In this document: positions 55,607 through 63,796 of the stretch, piece after piece
Position numbering within the stretch: the stretch's first letter is position 1
Layout: every line of letters begins with the position of its first letter
The notes under the pieces: model-generated
What the model was told of the DNA's origin: nothing
The model's database searches: none
Seen by the model: the letters and a program-made list of their open reading frames with translations, nothing else
Program-made: the position numbers and the translations under genes
Assembly (NCBI GenBank): GCA_023129115.1
Contig: JAGMCR010000011.1
Span: forward strand, 1-64,000
From: Candidatus Iainarchaeum sp.
Lineage (GTDB): Archaea; B1Sed10-29; WALL01
Length of the DNA: 64,000 nucleotides
Direction: 5' to 3'

Positions 55607-57748
55607 GTGGCAGAGCTCCTCTTCGGCGCGGGCAGGAAGAAGCCCAAGAAGAAAAAAGTGGAGAAGCAGCACTGGTACATCGGCTTCTGCAAGAGAGCGG
55701 CCAAGTCCTTCGGCAAGGGCGCGAAGAAGGAATTGACCGAGCAGTACAAGGTCGCGCTCGCCTTCCTCGGGTGGAAGCTGAAGCCCGAAGAAGTCAACGC
55801 CGCGCCGTTGGTGCCGATGTACTACGGCATGGCGCTCGCGTTCGTGTGGGCGCTGCTCAACCTGGTGTTCTCCGGCTTCATCAACGTTGGCCTTAAGCCG
55901 ATTGTTATCCTTGGCACGGAAACAGGCCGCGGCGCAATCGAGGGCGGCTTCCTCCTGATTGGCCACCCGCTTTCGATGGGCATCCCGCTGTTCTGGTACC
56001 TCGCGCCGTTCGCCATCGCGTTCTACGCGATGTACTATATACAGTCCACGCCGATGCGCGAGGCAGAGAAGCTGCGCATCCGCTCGCTCACATTCATCCC
56101 CGAAATCGTGAACTACTTTGTCATGGCGATGAAGGTCACGCCCAACCTCGAGCGCGCGATTGCGTTCGTCGCGGAGCACGGCCAGGGCCGCGTCGCCGAG
56201 GACTTCAAGTCGCTGCAGTACGACATCCACGTCGGCAAGTACCGGACCGTCGAGGAAGCTTTGGACAACCTCGCGTGGAAGTGGGGCGACTACTCCCCGG
56301 AGTTCAAGCACGCACTGATGCTCATCCGCTCCTCAGTAATGGAGGCGGACGAGGGCAAGCGGAACGACCTGCTGGACAAGGCAATCACGGACGTGCTCGA
56401 GGGCATCCAGGAAAAAATGGACTTTTATTCCCGCGCCATGCACCAGCCGAGCATCTACCTCTACTACTTCGGCGTGCTGCTCCCGCTCCTCCTAATCATC
56501 ATCATCCCTGTCGGCGCGATGATGGGCGGCGGCGGCATCGCGTGGCTCGCGGGCGCCATACCCCTCGCAATCATCTACAACGTGATGATTCCGGCCGCGT
56601 CGTTCCTCCTCGCGAAGAGCATTCTCGGGAAGCGGCCGCCGACGCGGGACGTCCCAAAAGTCCCCGTGGGCATGCCCGGCCTCCCCAAGCCGGGGTGGTT
56701 CAGCATCGGCGGGAGCCAGCTGCCCGTGACGTTTGTCGCCGCCGCGATTCTCGTTGGAATTGTCGCTGCGTCGTTCCTCGCGACGCCCATACTCGACCCC
56801 ATGCCGCGCGTGTTCGAGCCAATGTACGACTCGTACTGCCTCATCGGCTCGCCGACCGGCCTGTGCATCCCGTACCTCCAGTACGCCGGCATCCTTTTGG
56901 GCATCGTGGCCGCGTTCGGGTTCCACATGTGGTCGAACCACAAGGACCGCTGGGCCATGCAGCGCGAGATAATCCAGATGGAGAACGGGTTCCAGGAGAC
57001 ATTGTACATACTCGCGTCCCGCCTCGGCGAGGGAAGGCCGATGGAGGACGCGATGAAGCACGCGGCAGAGTTCATCCCCAACTCCCCCGCGACCAAGCGC
57101 ATTTTCCTGCCGACGCTGCACAACATGCGCATGCTCGGCATGACAATCAAGATGGCTTTGTTCGACGAGGCGTACGGCTCCTTGCGGTTCATCCCGAGCG
57201 GGTTCATCAAGGGCACGATGCGCATCGTGGTCGACTCGCTGGGCCTGGGCGTCCAGACCGCGGCCAAGTCACTGATTTCCCTTTCCCTCCAGCTCCGCGC
57301 CATGCAGAAAGTCGAAAAAGCGCTCAAGGCAATGCTTTCGGACATCACGAGCATGATGAGCACGATGAGCATGTTCATCGCCCCGGTCGTGCTTGGAATC
57401 ACCATCGCCTTGCAGCAAATCATCATGGGCGCGATGAAGTCCATGGGCGAGGCGGGCTTAGGGCAGCAAAGCACTGCGAACGTCCCCGGCATGAGCGCGT
57501 TCAAGATGCCCGAGCTGGGGGGCGGCGAGGCGCTCGAGGCCGCCGCGACGCAGGCAGAGCTATTGTTCATAATCAGCTTTTACATGGTCGAGATAGTCGT
57601 AATCCTCATGTACTTTGCCTCGCACGTTAACGAGGGCGACAACGAGCTCGCGTTCAAGATGGCGATTGCGCAGGCGCTGCCGATTGCGATGGCGATTTTC
57701 TTTGGCGTGACGTTCATGGCAATGAAGATGACGGCGATTGGGATCTGA
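55607..57748 (+). CDS. Type IV pilus membrane platform protein (TadB/C, ArlJ-like; two T2SSF-like domains)
   Basis: TPNLERAI and GEGRPMEDAM domain motifs with multiple TM; follows the ATPase; GTG 55607 is the probable start (ORF open from 55547). Confidence 0.88.
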   Translation: MAELLFGAGRKKPKKKKVEKQHWYIGFCKRAAKSFGKGAKKELTEQYKVALAFLGWKLKPEEVNAAPLVPMYYGMALAFVWALLNLVFSGFINVGLKPIVILGTETGRGAIEGGFLLIGHPLSMGIPLFWYLAPFAIAFYAMYYIQSTPMREAEKLRIRSLTFIPEIVNYFVMAMKVTPNLERAIAFVAEHGQGRVAEDFKSLQYDIHVGKYRTVEEALDNLAWKWGDYSPEFKHALMLIRSSVMEADEGKRNDLLDKAITDVLEGIQEKMDFYSRAMHQPSIYLYYFGVLLPLLLIIIIPVGAMMGGGGIAWLAGAIPLAIIYNVMIPAASFLLAKSILGKRPPTRDVPKVPVGMPGLPKPGWFSIGGSQLPVTFVAAAILVGIVAASFLATPILDPMPRVFEPMYDSYCLIGSPTGLCIPYLQYAGILLGIVAAFGFHMWSNHKDRWAMQREIIQMENGFQETLYILASRLGEGRPMEDAMKHAAEFIPNSPATKRIFLPTLHNMRMLGMTIKMALFDEAYGSLRFIPSGFIKGTMRIVVDSLGLGVQTAAKSLISLSLQLRAMQKVEKALKAMLSDITSMMSTMSMFIAPVVLGITIALQQIIMGAMKSMGEAGLGQQSTANVPGMSAFKMPELGGGEALEAAATQAELLFIISFYMVEIVVILMYFASHVNEGDNELAFKMAIAQALPIAMAIFFGVTFMAMKMTAIGI

Positions 57749-57755
57749 TTGGCTA

Positions 57756-58226
57756 ATGAAGCTACCGAAAATAGGCTCGCGCGGGCAGCAGTGGGAAGTG
57801 ATGAAGCTTTTGCAGGGCGGAGTCATCGCTGTGCTCATGCTCATCGTGGTCTATGGCGTGGTGAGCTCCGTCCGGGGCCAGACGCCGCGCTCTGACGTTT
57901 ATTCCGTGTCATGCGAAATCCTGGGCTCTGCCTACGCGGCGAGGGGCACGGGCGAGCGGTTCGTGCGCGAGGCCCTGCTGGTGGAGCAGGAAATCTTTTC
58001 CGAGGCCCTCGTCCAGTGCTCGGGCCTGCCGTCCGGGACATCGGTGAAGATGATGTGCAAGCACGCCTTTTGTTTGCACGACGGAGAGCCCCTGAACCGG
58101 GGGAGCGACTGCCGGCTGCACTCGCCGTGCTCGTCAATGGAGTTCGTGGCGGGCGATACCATCAACGTCTGTGCCGTCTGCGACGAGGGCGAGTGCCGCA
58201 TCTGGTTCGGCGAGAGCGAGTGCTAA
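57756..58226 (+). CDS. Pilin-like protein, class III signal peptide
   Basis: SRG/QQWE + hydrophobic helix; Cys-rich head. Confidence 0.8.
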   Translation: MKLPKIGSRGQQWEVMKLLQGGVIAVLMLIVVYGVVSSVRGQTPRSDVYSVSCEILGSAYAARGTGERFVREALLVEQEIFSEALVQCSGLPSGTSVKMMCKHAFCLHDGEPLNRGSDCRLHSPCSSMEFVAGDTINVCAVCDEGECRIWFGESEC

Positions 58227-58272
58227 CCTTTATATACCTCGCCTCTGTTATCCAAAAACGAGGTAATGCTTT

Positions 58273-58725
58273 ATGCAACGTGGACAAGCATTTGATGCAT
58301 TCAAGCTTCTGATAGCCGCTGTCGTGGCAGGCGCCATTTTGGTCATCCTGCTCTCGATGATTAGCGGGTTCGTGCCTGTGGGCCAGGACCCACTGACGGT
58401 CATGGGGCAGGAGCTGAACAAGGTCAAGAAGGGCGGGGTTTGCTCGACTTCTTCCCAGGTAGTCCAGTTCAGCGATGGCCAGGAGTTCAGCGCGGACGCA
58501 GTGGCCCGTGAGGCAGGAATCAACTTGGGCCAGGTGCAGTTCTGCTGCAGCGGCGTTGAAGACGAGGGGGGCAAGTGTGATGGCTATATGTTCGACGACG
58601 AGGACGCGTTCGACTGTGATGAAGCGTCATTACTGGTAACCGCACAAATGTCCGGCAAAGTCCGTTCTTGTTGCCCAATCAGCAGTGATGCGCCCTGCGT
58701 CATTGGCTTCAAGGCAAGCAGGTAG
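58273..58725 (+). CDS. Pilin-like protein, class III signal peptide (candidate major pilin)
   Basis: MQRG/QAFDAFKLLIAAVVAGAIL; own TTTATATA box at 58229-58236. Confidence 0.82.
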   Translation: MQRGQAFDAFKLLIAAVVAGAILVILLSMISGFVPVGQDPLTVMGQELNKVKKGGVCSTSSQVVQFSDGQEFSADAVAREAGINLGQVQFCCSGVEDEGGKCDGYMFDDEDAFDCDEASLLVTAQMSGKVRSCCPISSDAPCVIGFKASR

Positions 58726-58732
58726 ATTAGCA

Positions 58733-58897
58733 ATGCTTTGGATGCTGAAGGCACTGTTCAGGGATAATCGGGGCGACGTGAACTGGACCCCGATTTATCT
58801 CCTTATTTTGGCAGCCATCGCAGCAATACTCTTGATTAGCGTAATCAAGCCCATGTTCCAGAGCGCGGTCTCCAGCGCGTCAGCTGGCTTGCCCTAA
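58733..58897 (+). CDS. Minimal Flp-like pilin (about 40-aa mature)
   Basis: DNRG/DVNW + hydrophobic helix, no head domain. Confidence 0.7.
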   Translation: MLWMLKALFRDNRGDVNWTPIYLLILAAIAAILLISVIKPMFQSAVSSASAGLP

Positions 58898-59001
58898 CCA
58901 GGGAAGGGGGACACCCCCCAGCCCTGGACGTTGACCTACGGCCAACGTCAACCTGCACGGGATACCTGACCCCCGCAAGCTCGCTTGCGCTCGCAGTTTT
59001 T

Positions 59002-59059
59002 TTTTCCGTCAACGCTTTTCCACCGGGCGAGCGGAGCGAGTAACAGGAAAAGGGTTGTT
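59002..59059 (+). repeat. Copy C of dispersed hairpin repeat
   Basis: TTTTCCGTCAACGCTTTTCCACCGGGCGAGCGGAGCGAGTAACAGGAAAAGGGTTGTT. Confidence 0.8.
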
Positions 59060-59308
59060 ATAATCTGCGGTGGCCAGCGCGTCTGCTACGATGCCGCGAG
59101 TATTTTGCTTGTGTATGGGATGATAATGGAGCAAGGCAAACAATTTGGTAAATTATCGATTCGACAAGGTAGTCACGGATAGTACAATTTCAATCTGGAA
59201 AACGGTGGTTGATGTTCGAATCCAGTCTATGCCCCTACTTGATGCCTCGGCAAGTTATATCAGTCATCTTTAAATACCTGTTTTTGTGTGTGTATAAGGG
59301 GGGATAAA

Positions 59309-59803
59309 ATGAGTGTCACGGAAAAGTACAAAGAAGTAGTTCACTACATAATCCAAGAATGCCAAAAATCCCCCACCTTTGGCATGACTCTCTTATACAA
59401 ACTCCTCTATTTCACAGACTTCGATTATTACGAGCTCAATGGAACATCTATTACGGGTACTGACTACCGCAGAATCCCTTTGGGGCCAGCACCTTGCGAC
59501 ATAGACATAGTTCTTTCACAACTAAAGGCAGAGGGTGCAATAAAAGAAACCCGCCTAGAATTTAGCGGGGTAAAACAAAGACGGCTTATTCCACTAGAGC
59601 CCGCAAAACCTGAACACCTTTCCGCCATTGAAATAAAACATATTGACAACGAAATCCAAAAATACTCTGGTTGGACAGCTAGGAACATCAGCGCTTTTTC
59701 TCACGAAGACATGCCCTTCAAAGCAACAGAGGAAAATGAACTAATCGACTACAAACTAGTGTTTTATCGGGGCGATAAGTTTTCTGTAAGGCAAGAAGAA
59801 TGA
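59309..59803 (+). CDS. Panacea (DUF4065/GepA-like) antitoxin
   Basis: KLLYFTDFDYY...ITG.DY...LGPAP...SH motifs; AT-rich. Confidence 0.88.
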   Translation: MSVTEKYKEVVHYIIQECQKSPTFGMTLLYKLLYFTDFDYYELNGTSITGTDYRRIPLGPAPCDIDIVLSQLKAEGAIKETRLEFSGVKQRRLIPLEPAKPEHLSAIEIKHIDNEIQKYSGWTARNISAFSHEDMPFKATEENELIDYKLVFYRGDKFSVRQEE

Positions 59804-60159
59804 CATTCAACATAGGAAGCGTTCCAGAGTTCGATAAAGACTTAAAACGCTTGTCGAAAAAATATCGAACGTTGGATAGCGACTTCGAGACTTTTCAGAA
59901 AGCGTTGGCCGTTGACGGCCCAGCTCTTGTTGGAGTTGTTAGGATTAGTGGTTTGGGGGAGAATGTTCATACGCCCATCTACAAGGCAAGAAAATTCTAT
60001 TGTCAGGAGCTCAGGAAGACTAGAAGCGGGTTCAGGGTAATATACGCCCATGTGTGTGCTGAGAACAAGATAACCCTTCTTGAGATGTACCACAAGAACA
60101 AACAAGAAAATGAGGATAAGAAACGAGTCTTCAAGTATTTTGGTGAACCTAGTCCTTGA
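59800..60159 (+). CDS. RelE/HigB-like toxin
   Basis: EFDKDLKRLSKKY...IYKAR...GFRVIY; ATGA overlap with the antitoxin. Confidence 0.8.
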   Translation: MTFNIGSVPEFDKDLKRLSKKYRTLDSDFETFQKALAVDGPALVGVVRISGLGENVHTPIYKARKFYCQELRKTRSGFRVIYAHVCAENKITLLEMYHKNKQENEDKKRVFKYFGEPSP

Positions 60160-60244
60160 TTAATTTGTCGCAGGGCCTGGGCTGTTGGGTAAAGCTTGTC
60201 TGCTTAAGTAAAGCATTTAAACACCCCCTTCTTTGTTTTTGGTT

Positions 60245-60805
60245 ATGGCCAGTCGCGGACAGGAAGAGGCGCCCTTCTCGCTTTTGCTTGCTGTGGCGAT
60301 GATGGCGCTCGTCATCCCCATAGCCGCCTACATGTTCCAGGGGTTCCAGGCGTGGGAGTGCCAGCAGCGCATCGAGAACAACATGGAGACCTTCGCGCGC
60401 GAGCTCGAGCTCGCCGCGACGCTCGGCGGCGGCAAGCGCGTCGTGGACATAGACCTTTCCCTCTACGCGTGCCCGGGCGTGCACGTCGACAACTTCACAC
60501 TGAAGAATCCTGGCCAGGACAGGTGCCAGGAAGTGTGCCACGACCCCAATTGCAGGATATTAGAGGCGGTGTACGAGGAGTTCGACGACGAGACAGGGGA
60601 ATCGCTGGGCTTGTCCGTGGCCTCGCAGCCGGTGTGCGTGCGGATTCCGGTGAACGTTGACTTTTCGACCCTGGACTGCGACCCAAGCGAGGGCTATGAG
60701 CCGCTTGCGGGCGAGGGCCTCGCGCCGGGCTATTACCGCATCGCACTCATCAAGGAGGGCTACCGCGTCCGCGTGTGCAGGGTCCCGGTTGAGAGGTTTG
60801 GCTGA
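60245..60805 (+). CDS. Pilin-like protein, class III signal peptide
   Basis: MASRG/QEEAPFSLLLAVAMMAL; Cys-rich. Confidence 0.8.
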   Translation: MASRGQEEAPFSLLLAVAMMALVIPIAAYMFQGFQAWECQQRIENNMETFARELELAATLGGGKRVVDIDLSLYACPGVHVDNFTLKNPGQDRCQEVCHDPNCRILEAVYEEFDDETGESLGLSVASQPVCVRIPVNVDFSTLDCDPSEGYEPLAGEGLAPGYYRIALIKEGYRVRVCRVPVERFG

Positions 60806-61431
60806 TGAAGAAAGGCCTCGGGATGTGGATAATGAGCAAGCTCGTGCTCATGATTTTCCTATTCGCCTTGGTCCTTGTCCTCACCTTGTTCATGCGGGTA
60901 TACAGCGACAAGATAATTTCTGACACTGCGCAGAGCTACACTCTCCTGTGGAGCGAGGTCGCGAACGGCGCATTGCTTTACCGGTCGAGCAGCGACAGCG
61001 TGTTCCTCCCCGACATAATGCGGGTGCGCGAGGCGAACCGCGAGTACACTGTGATGGTGCAGAAGGTCGGGAGCGAGCGCGCCGTGTTCTTCCTGGCGTG
61101 GTACAAGCACGAGACCGCGGAAGACATGCGTGGGGAGGGGTTCGCGGCGGCGACGGCAATCAACATGCCGTCGGCGGTGGCTGGCGACGGCAAAATCCTG
61201 TTGTTCGAGGGCCTGGAGGGCGAGGTCGGGTTCGAGGAGCCGCTGGACCCCAGCGTGCTGATGGTTCGGCCGTCCGAAAGGGTGGGCAGGGACACGACGC
61301 TTTTGTTCACGCGGAAGGACGAGTACTTCTGCGTCGGCACGATAAAGGAGGGAGTGTCTGTCGAGCACTCGGTAAGCCTGTTCGGCGACTGCTGCCAGAA
61401 GGACTGGGATGATGTTGATGGCTGCTACTAG
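60805..61431 (+). CDS. Pilin-like protein, class III signal peptide
   Basis: MKKG/LGMW + hydrophobic helix; TGATG coupling. Confidence 0.75.
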   Translation: MKKGLGMWIMSKLVLMIFLFALVLVLTLFMRVYSDKIISDTAQSYTLLWSEVANGALLYRSSSDSVFLPDIMRVREANREYTVMVQKVGSERAVFFLAWYKHETAEDMRGEGFAAATAINMPSAVAGDGKILLFEGLEGEVGFEEPLDPSVLMVRPSERVGRDTTLLFTRKDEYFCVGTIKEGVSVEHSVSLFGDCCQKDWDDVDGCY

Positions 61432-61924
61432 GGGCTACATCGGCCCGCTGGGCGACGACTTCCCCGCGATTTTCCCGATAGCCATGGGCCTTCTCCTTTT
61501 CTTTTCCGCCATCACGCTGACGTACGACTATTACAACACCAAGCACGACGCCGCGCTTTTGCTTGAGGCCAACACCGCACTGGCAAAAGCCGCGCGCGCC
61601 CAGCTCGTGTTCACGCAGGACTACTGGGACGAGGAGGGCGGCGTGTGCGACTTGATTGACAAGACCAAGGCGAACTACGGCGTGCGCGCCAAGGCCGAGC
61701 TACTGCAGTTCGAGCGGCTGGGCCCAACGAAATACGACTTCAACAAAATAAGGAAAATCGATGGCAAAACCCTGGGCGACAACCCGTGCGTTGACTACGA
61801 GGACGACGACCGCAACCCATTGCCGTACGAGGGCGACTTCTTCATTTCCCTGACGTACCCAATCCTGCTGAAGTCTGGGAACGGCCAGGAGATAGCGACG
61901 CTGGTGGTGACGACGTGGATGTAA
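61418..61924 (+). CDS. Pilin-like protein, class III signal peptide
   Basis: TRG/YIGPLGDDFPAIFPIAMGLLLFF. Confidence 0.72.
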   Translation: MAATRGYIGPLGDDFPAIFPIAMGLLLFFSAITLTYDYYNTKHDAALLLEANTALAKAARAQLVFTQDYWDEEGGVCDLIDKTKANYGVRAKAELLQFERLGPTKYDFNKIRKIDGKTLGDNPCVDYEDDDRNPLPYEGDFFISLTYPILLKSGNGQEIATLVVTTWM

Positions 61925-62484
61925 AGCGCGGCCAGGCAGTGGTCATCGACGGCCTGTTCTTCCTCATGATTTGCGGGTTTGCGGCGGCGACACTGTTGTG
62001 GGCGGGCTCTGTCTACGGCGACAAGAGCTTCGAGGCCTACCGCTACATTTACATGACGGACTACACAGGCGGCGCGATGGCTGTGCTGAGCAACCTCGAC
62101 TACGAGTACACGGTTTCAATCGGCGGCAGCTCCGCGGCCGTGAAGGCGGCGTGGCTCGACGAGCTCGGGTCGTACATGCTTGGCGAGTTCAACGAGACCG
62201 ACGCGCGGTACAAGGTGATGCGTGGGCACTGGGATACGCTGTGCAGCCAGGCGCCTGCGCCGCTATTGCTCACTGTCTACTCTGAGTACGAGGGCACTGC
62301 CCGCGGCACGCAGGAGGAGCCGCTCTACTTCGCGTGCGGCGAGGGAGACCGCAGCCTATTGAAGGCCCTCGAGGACGAGGACGGCGAGCTCAACATCTTC
62401 AAGTACCCGTACTATTCGTCGGACATTATGTCCAAGTCCTGCTCCACCCTGCGGTGCATAATGGACATAAAGATTTATTACTGA
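61915..62484 (+). CDS. Pilin-like protein, class III signal peptide
   Basis: MDVKRG/QAVVIDGLFFLMI; GGTGA SD. Confidence 0.8.
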   Translation: MDVKRGQAVVIDGLFFLMICGFAAATLLWAGSVYGDKSFEAYRYIYMTDYTGGAMAVLSNLDYEYTVSIGGSSAAVKAAWLDELGSYMLGEFNETDARYKVMRGHWDTLCSQAPAPLLLTVYSEYEGTARGTQEEPLYFACGEGDRSLLKALEDEDGELNIFKYPYYSSDIMSKSCSTLRCIMDIKIYY

Positions 62485-62504
62485 AGTGATTATGGTGTAG
62501 CGGG

Positions 62505-62933
62505 ATGATGATTGAGCTCTATTTCACGTTTTTCCAGATGGTGCTGGAGTACGGCGACTACCCTGCCATGCTGATAATGGCTTTCCTGACGTCGCTCGTG
62601 GTGTTCGCGGCGGCAGTCGTGGCAAAGCTCGCGCTCGGCAAGGTAAAGCCGTGGTACTTCTCGGCTTTCCTCGTGACAGAAGGGTATTTCCTGCTGGCGC
62701 AGGTGTTCCTCGCCTTCTTCTATTCCACAGAAATAGGCATCCTCACGTTTTTCGAGCCAGCGACTTATACTTATCTCGTCTTCGTCCTCCCCATGGCAAT
62801 GGCGTACCGCAAGGCCATGGAGAAGTGGCCAGTCCTGCCGTGGCACTTCATGGTCTACGGCCTTTCCCTGCTGGCGTCGCTGGTGTTCTGGTACTTCGCG
62901 GTGTTTGTGTTCGGCATCTTCGCTCTGGCATAG
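62505..62933 (+). CDS. Integral membrane protein (about 4 TM)
   Basis: Hydrophobic ORF at the end of the pilin operon. Confidence 0.75.
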   Translation: MMIELYFTFFQMVLEYGDYPAMLIMAFLTSLVVFAAAVVAKLALGKVKPWYFSAFLVTEGYFLLAQVFLAFFYSTEIGILTFFEPATYTYLVFVLPMAMAYRKAMEKWPVLPWHFMVYGLSLLASLVFWYFAVFVFGIFALA

Positions 62934-62975
62934 CTTTTATGCAGTGCTGCCCACAACAAGCACGGGGAGAGAGTT

Positions 62976-63374
62976 ATGGCTGTAGTATATGTCGATACTA
63001 ATGTCTATCTTGACTATTTTGAAAACCGCTGTGACCGGCTGAGGCCGCTCGGCGAGTTTGCCTTCCAATTTTTTAGGAGGGCGCTGAAATGTGAATTTGA
63101 GATTGTAATGTCAGACCATGTCATGGATGAGCTCGAGTCAGTTGTTTCTATTGAAACGATTGACATGTTTCTTGAGCCACTAAAAAAGAAAAATAAGATA
63201 AAGCTTGTTTTTGTGGAGCAAGCAGACGTCAGGAGGGCAAAGCGTTTGCCGACTCACTGGCAGGATGCGCTCCACGCCGTACTGGCCGAGAAAGCCGGAG
63301 CTGAGTTAATTGTAACCCGCAATGCTAATGACTTCGCCGGATTATTCCAGGCCGTATTTCCTGAAGATGTCTGA
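62976..63374 (+). CDS. PIN-domain (VapC-like) toxin
   Basis: VYVDTNVYLD...DALHAVLA...IVTRNANDF. Confidence 0.9.
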   Translation: MAVVYVDTNVYLDYFENRCDRLRPLGEFAFQFFRRALKCEFEIVMSDHVMDELESVVSIETIDMFLEPLKKKNKIKLVFVEQADVRRAKRLPTHWQDALHAVLAEKAGAELIVTRNANDFAGLFQAVFPEDV

Positions 63375-63623
63375 CCGGTCCTTCTGGATGTTTTTTTCCG
63401 CCCACGCCTGGCGTTCCTTGCGAGTCATTCTTTTTATTGGCTTGACGCTCCCCTTCAACTTCTCAAGCTTGCGGATGGCGACCATGGTCTCGTATTCCTC
63501 GTTCATCCGGCGAATGCTTTCCCTCACGTATTCTTGGACATTGCTGAACCCGAACTCATTGGCAAGGGCCTTTGCTTCCTTGTAGGCCAGGTCAGGAATG
63601 CGCAAGTGCACCATCTTCCCCAT
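63342..63623 (-). CDS. Ribbon-helix-helix antitoxin-like protein
   Basis: MVHLRIP...GFSNVQEYVRESIR RHH pattern; convergent with the PIN gene. Confidence 0.78.
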   Translation of the reverse strand: MGKMVHLRIPDLAYKEAKALANEFGFSNVQEYVRESIRRMNEEYETMVAIRKLEKLKGSVKPIKRMTRKERQAWAEKNIQKDRSDIFRKYGLE

Positions 63624-63678
63624 GATACTATTTGATACCTAATTGGTATTTATGCGTATTGGTGGTGGGGGGGCATTA

Positions 63679-63755
63679 AACAACCCTTTTTCTGTTACAG
63701 GGGGTTAGCAGGCAAGCTAACCCCCTGAACGGCGGAAAAGCGTTGATGGAAAAAA
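63679..63755 (-). repeat. Copy D of dispersed hairpin repeat
   Basis: AACAACCCTTTTTCTGTTA-CAGGGGGTTAGC-AGGCAA-GCTAACCCCCTG-AACGGCGGAAAAGCGTTGATGGAAAA on the + strand; perfect 12-bp inner stem. Confidence 0.8.
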
Positions 63756-63796
63756 GGGAGCGACATTTATATACTCTCTAATGGTATAATCCTAGT

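Noticed and set aside
58985-59182. 65-aa ORF across repeat copy C
   Set aside because: Runs through the non-coding repeat and a poly-T tract; TTG start with no SD; no protein-like features
59210-59236. GTTCGAATCC T-loop-like motif upstream of the Panacea gene (possible tRNA remnant or att site)
   Set aside because: The flanks do not pair as a T-stem and no acceptor or anticodon arm can be folded; too weak to call
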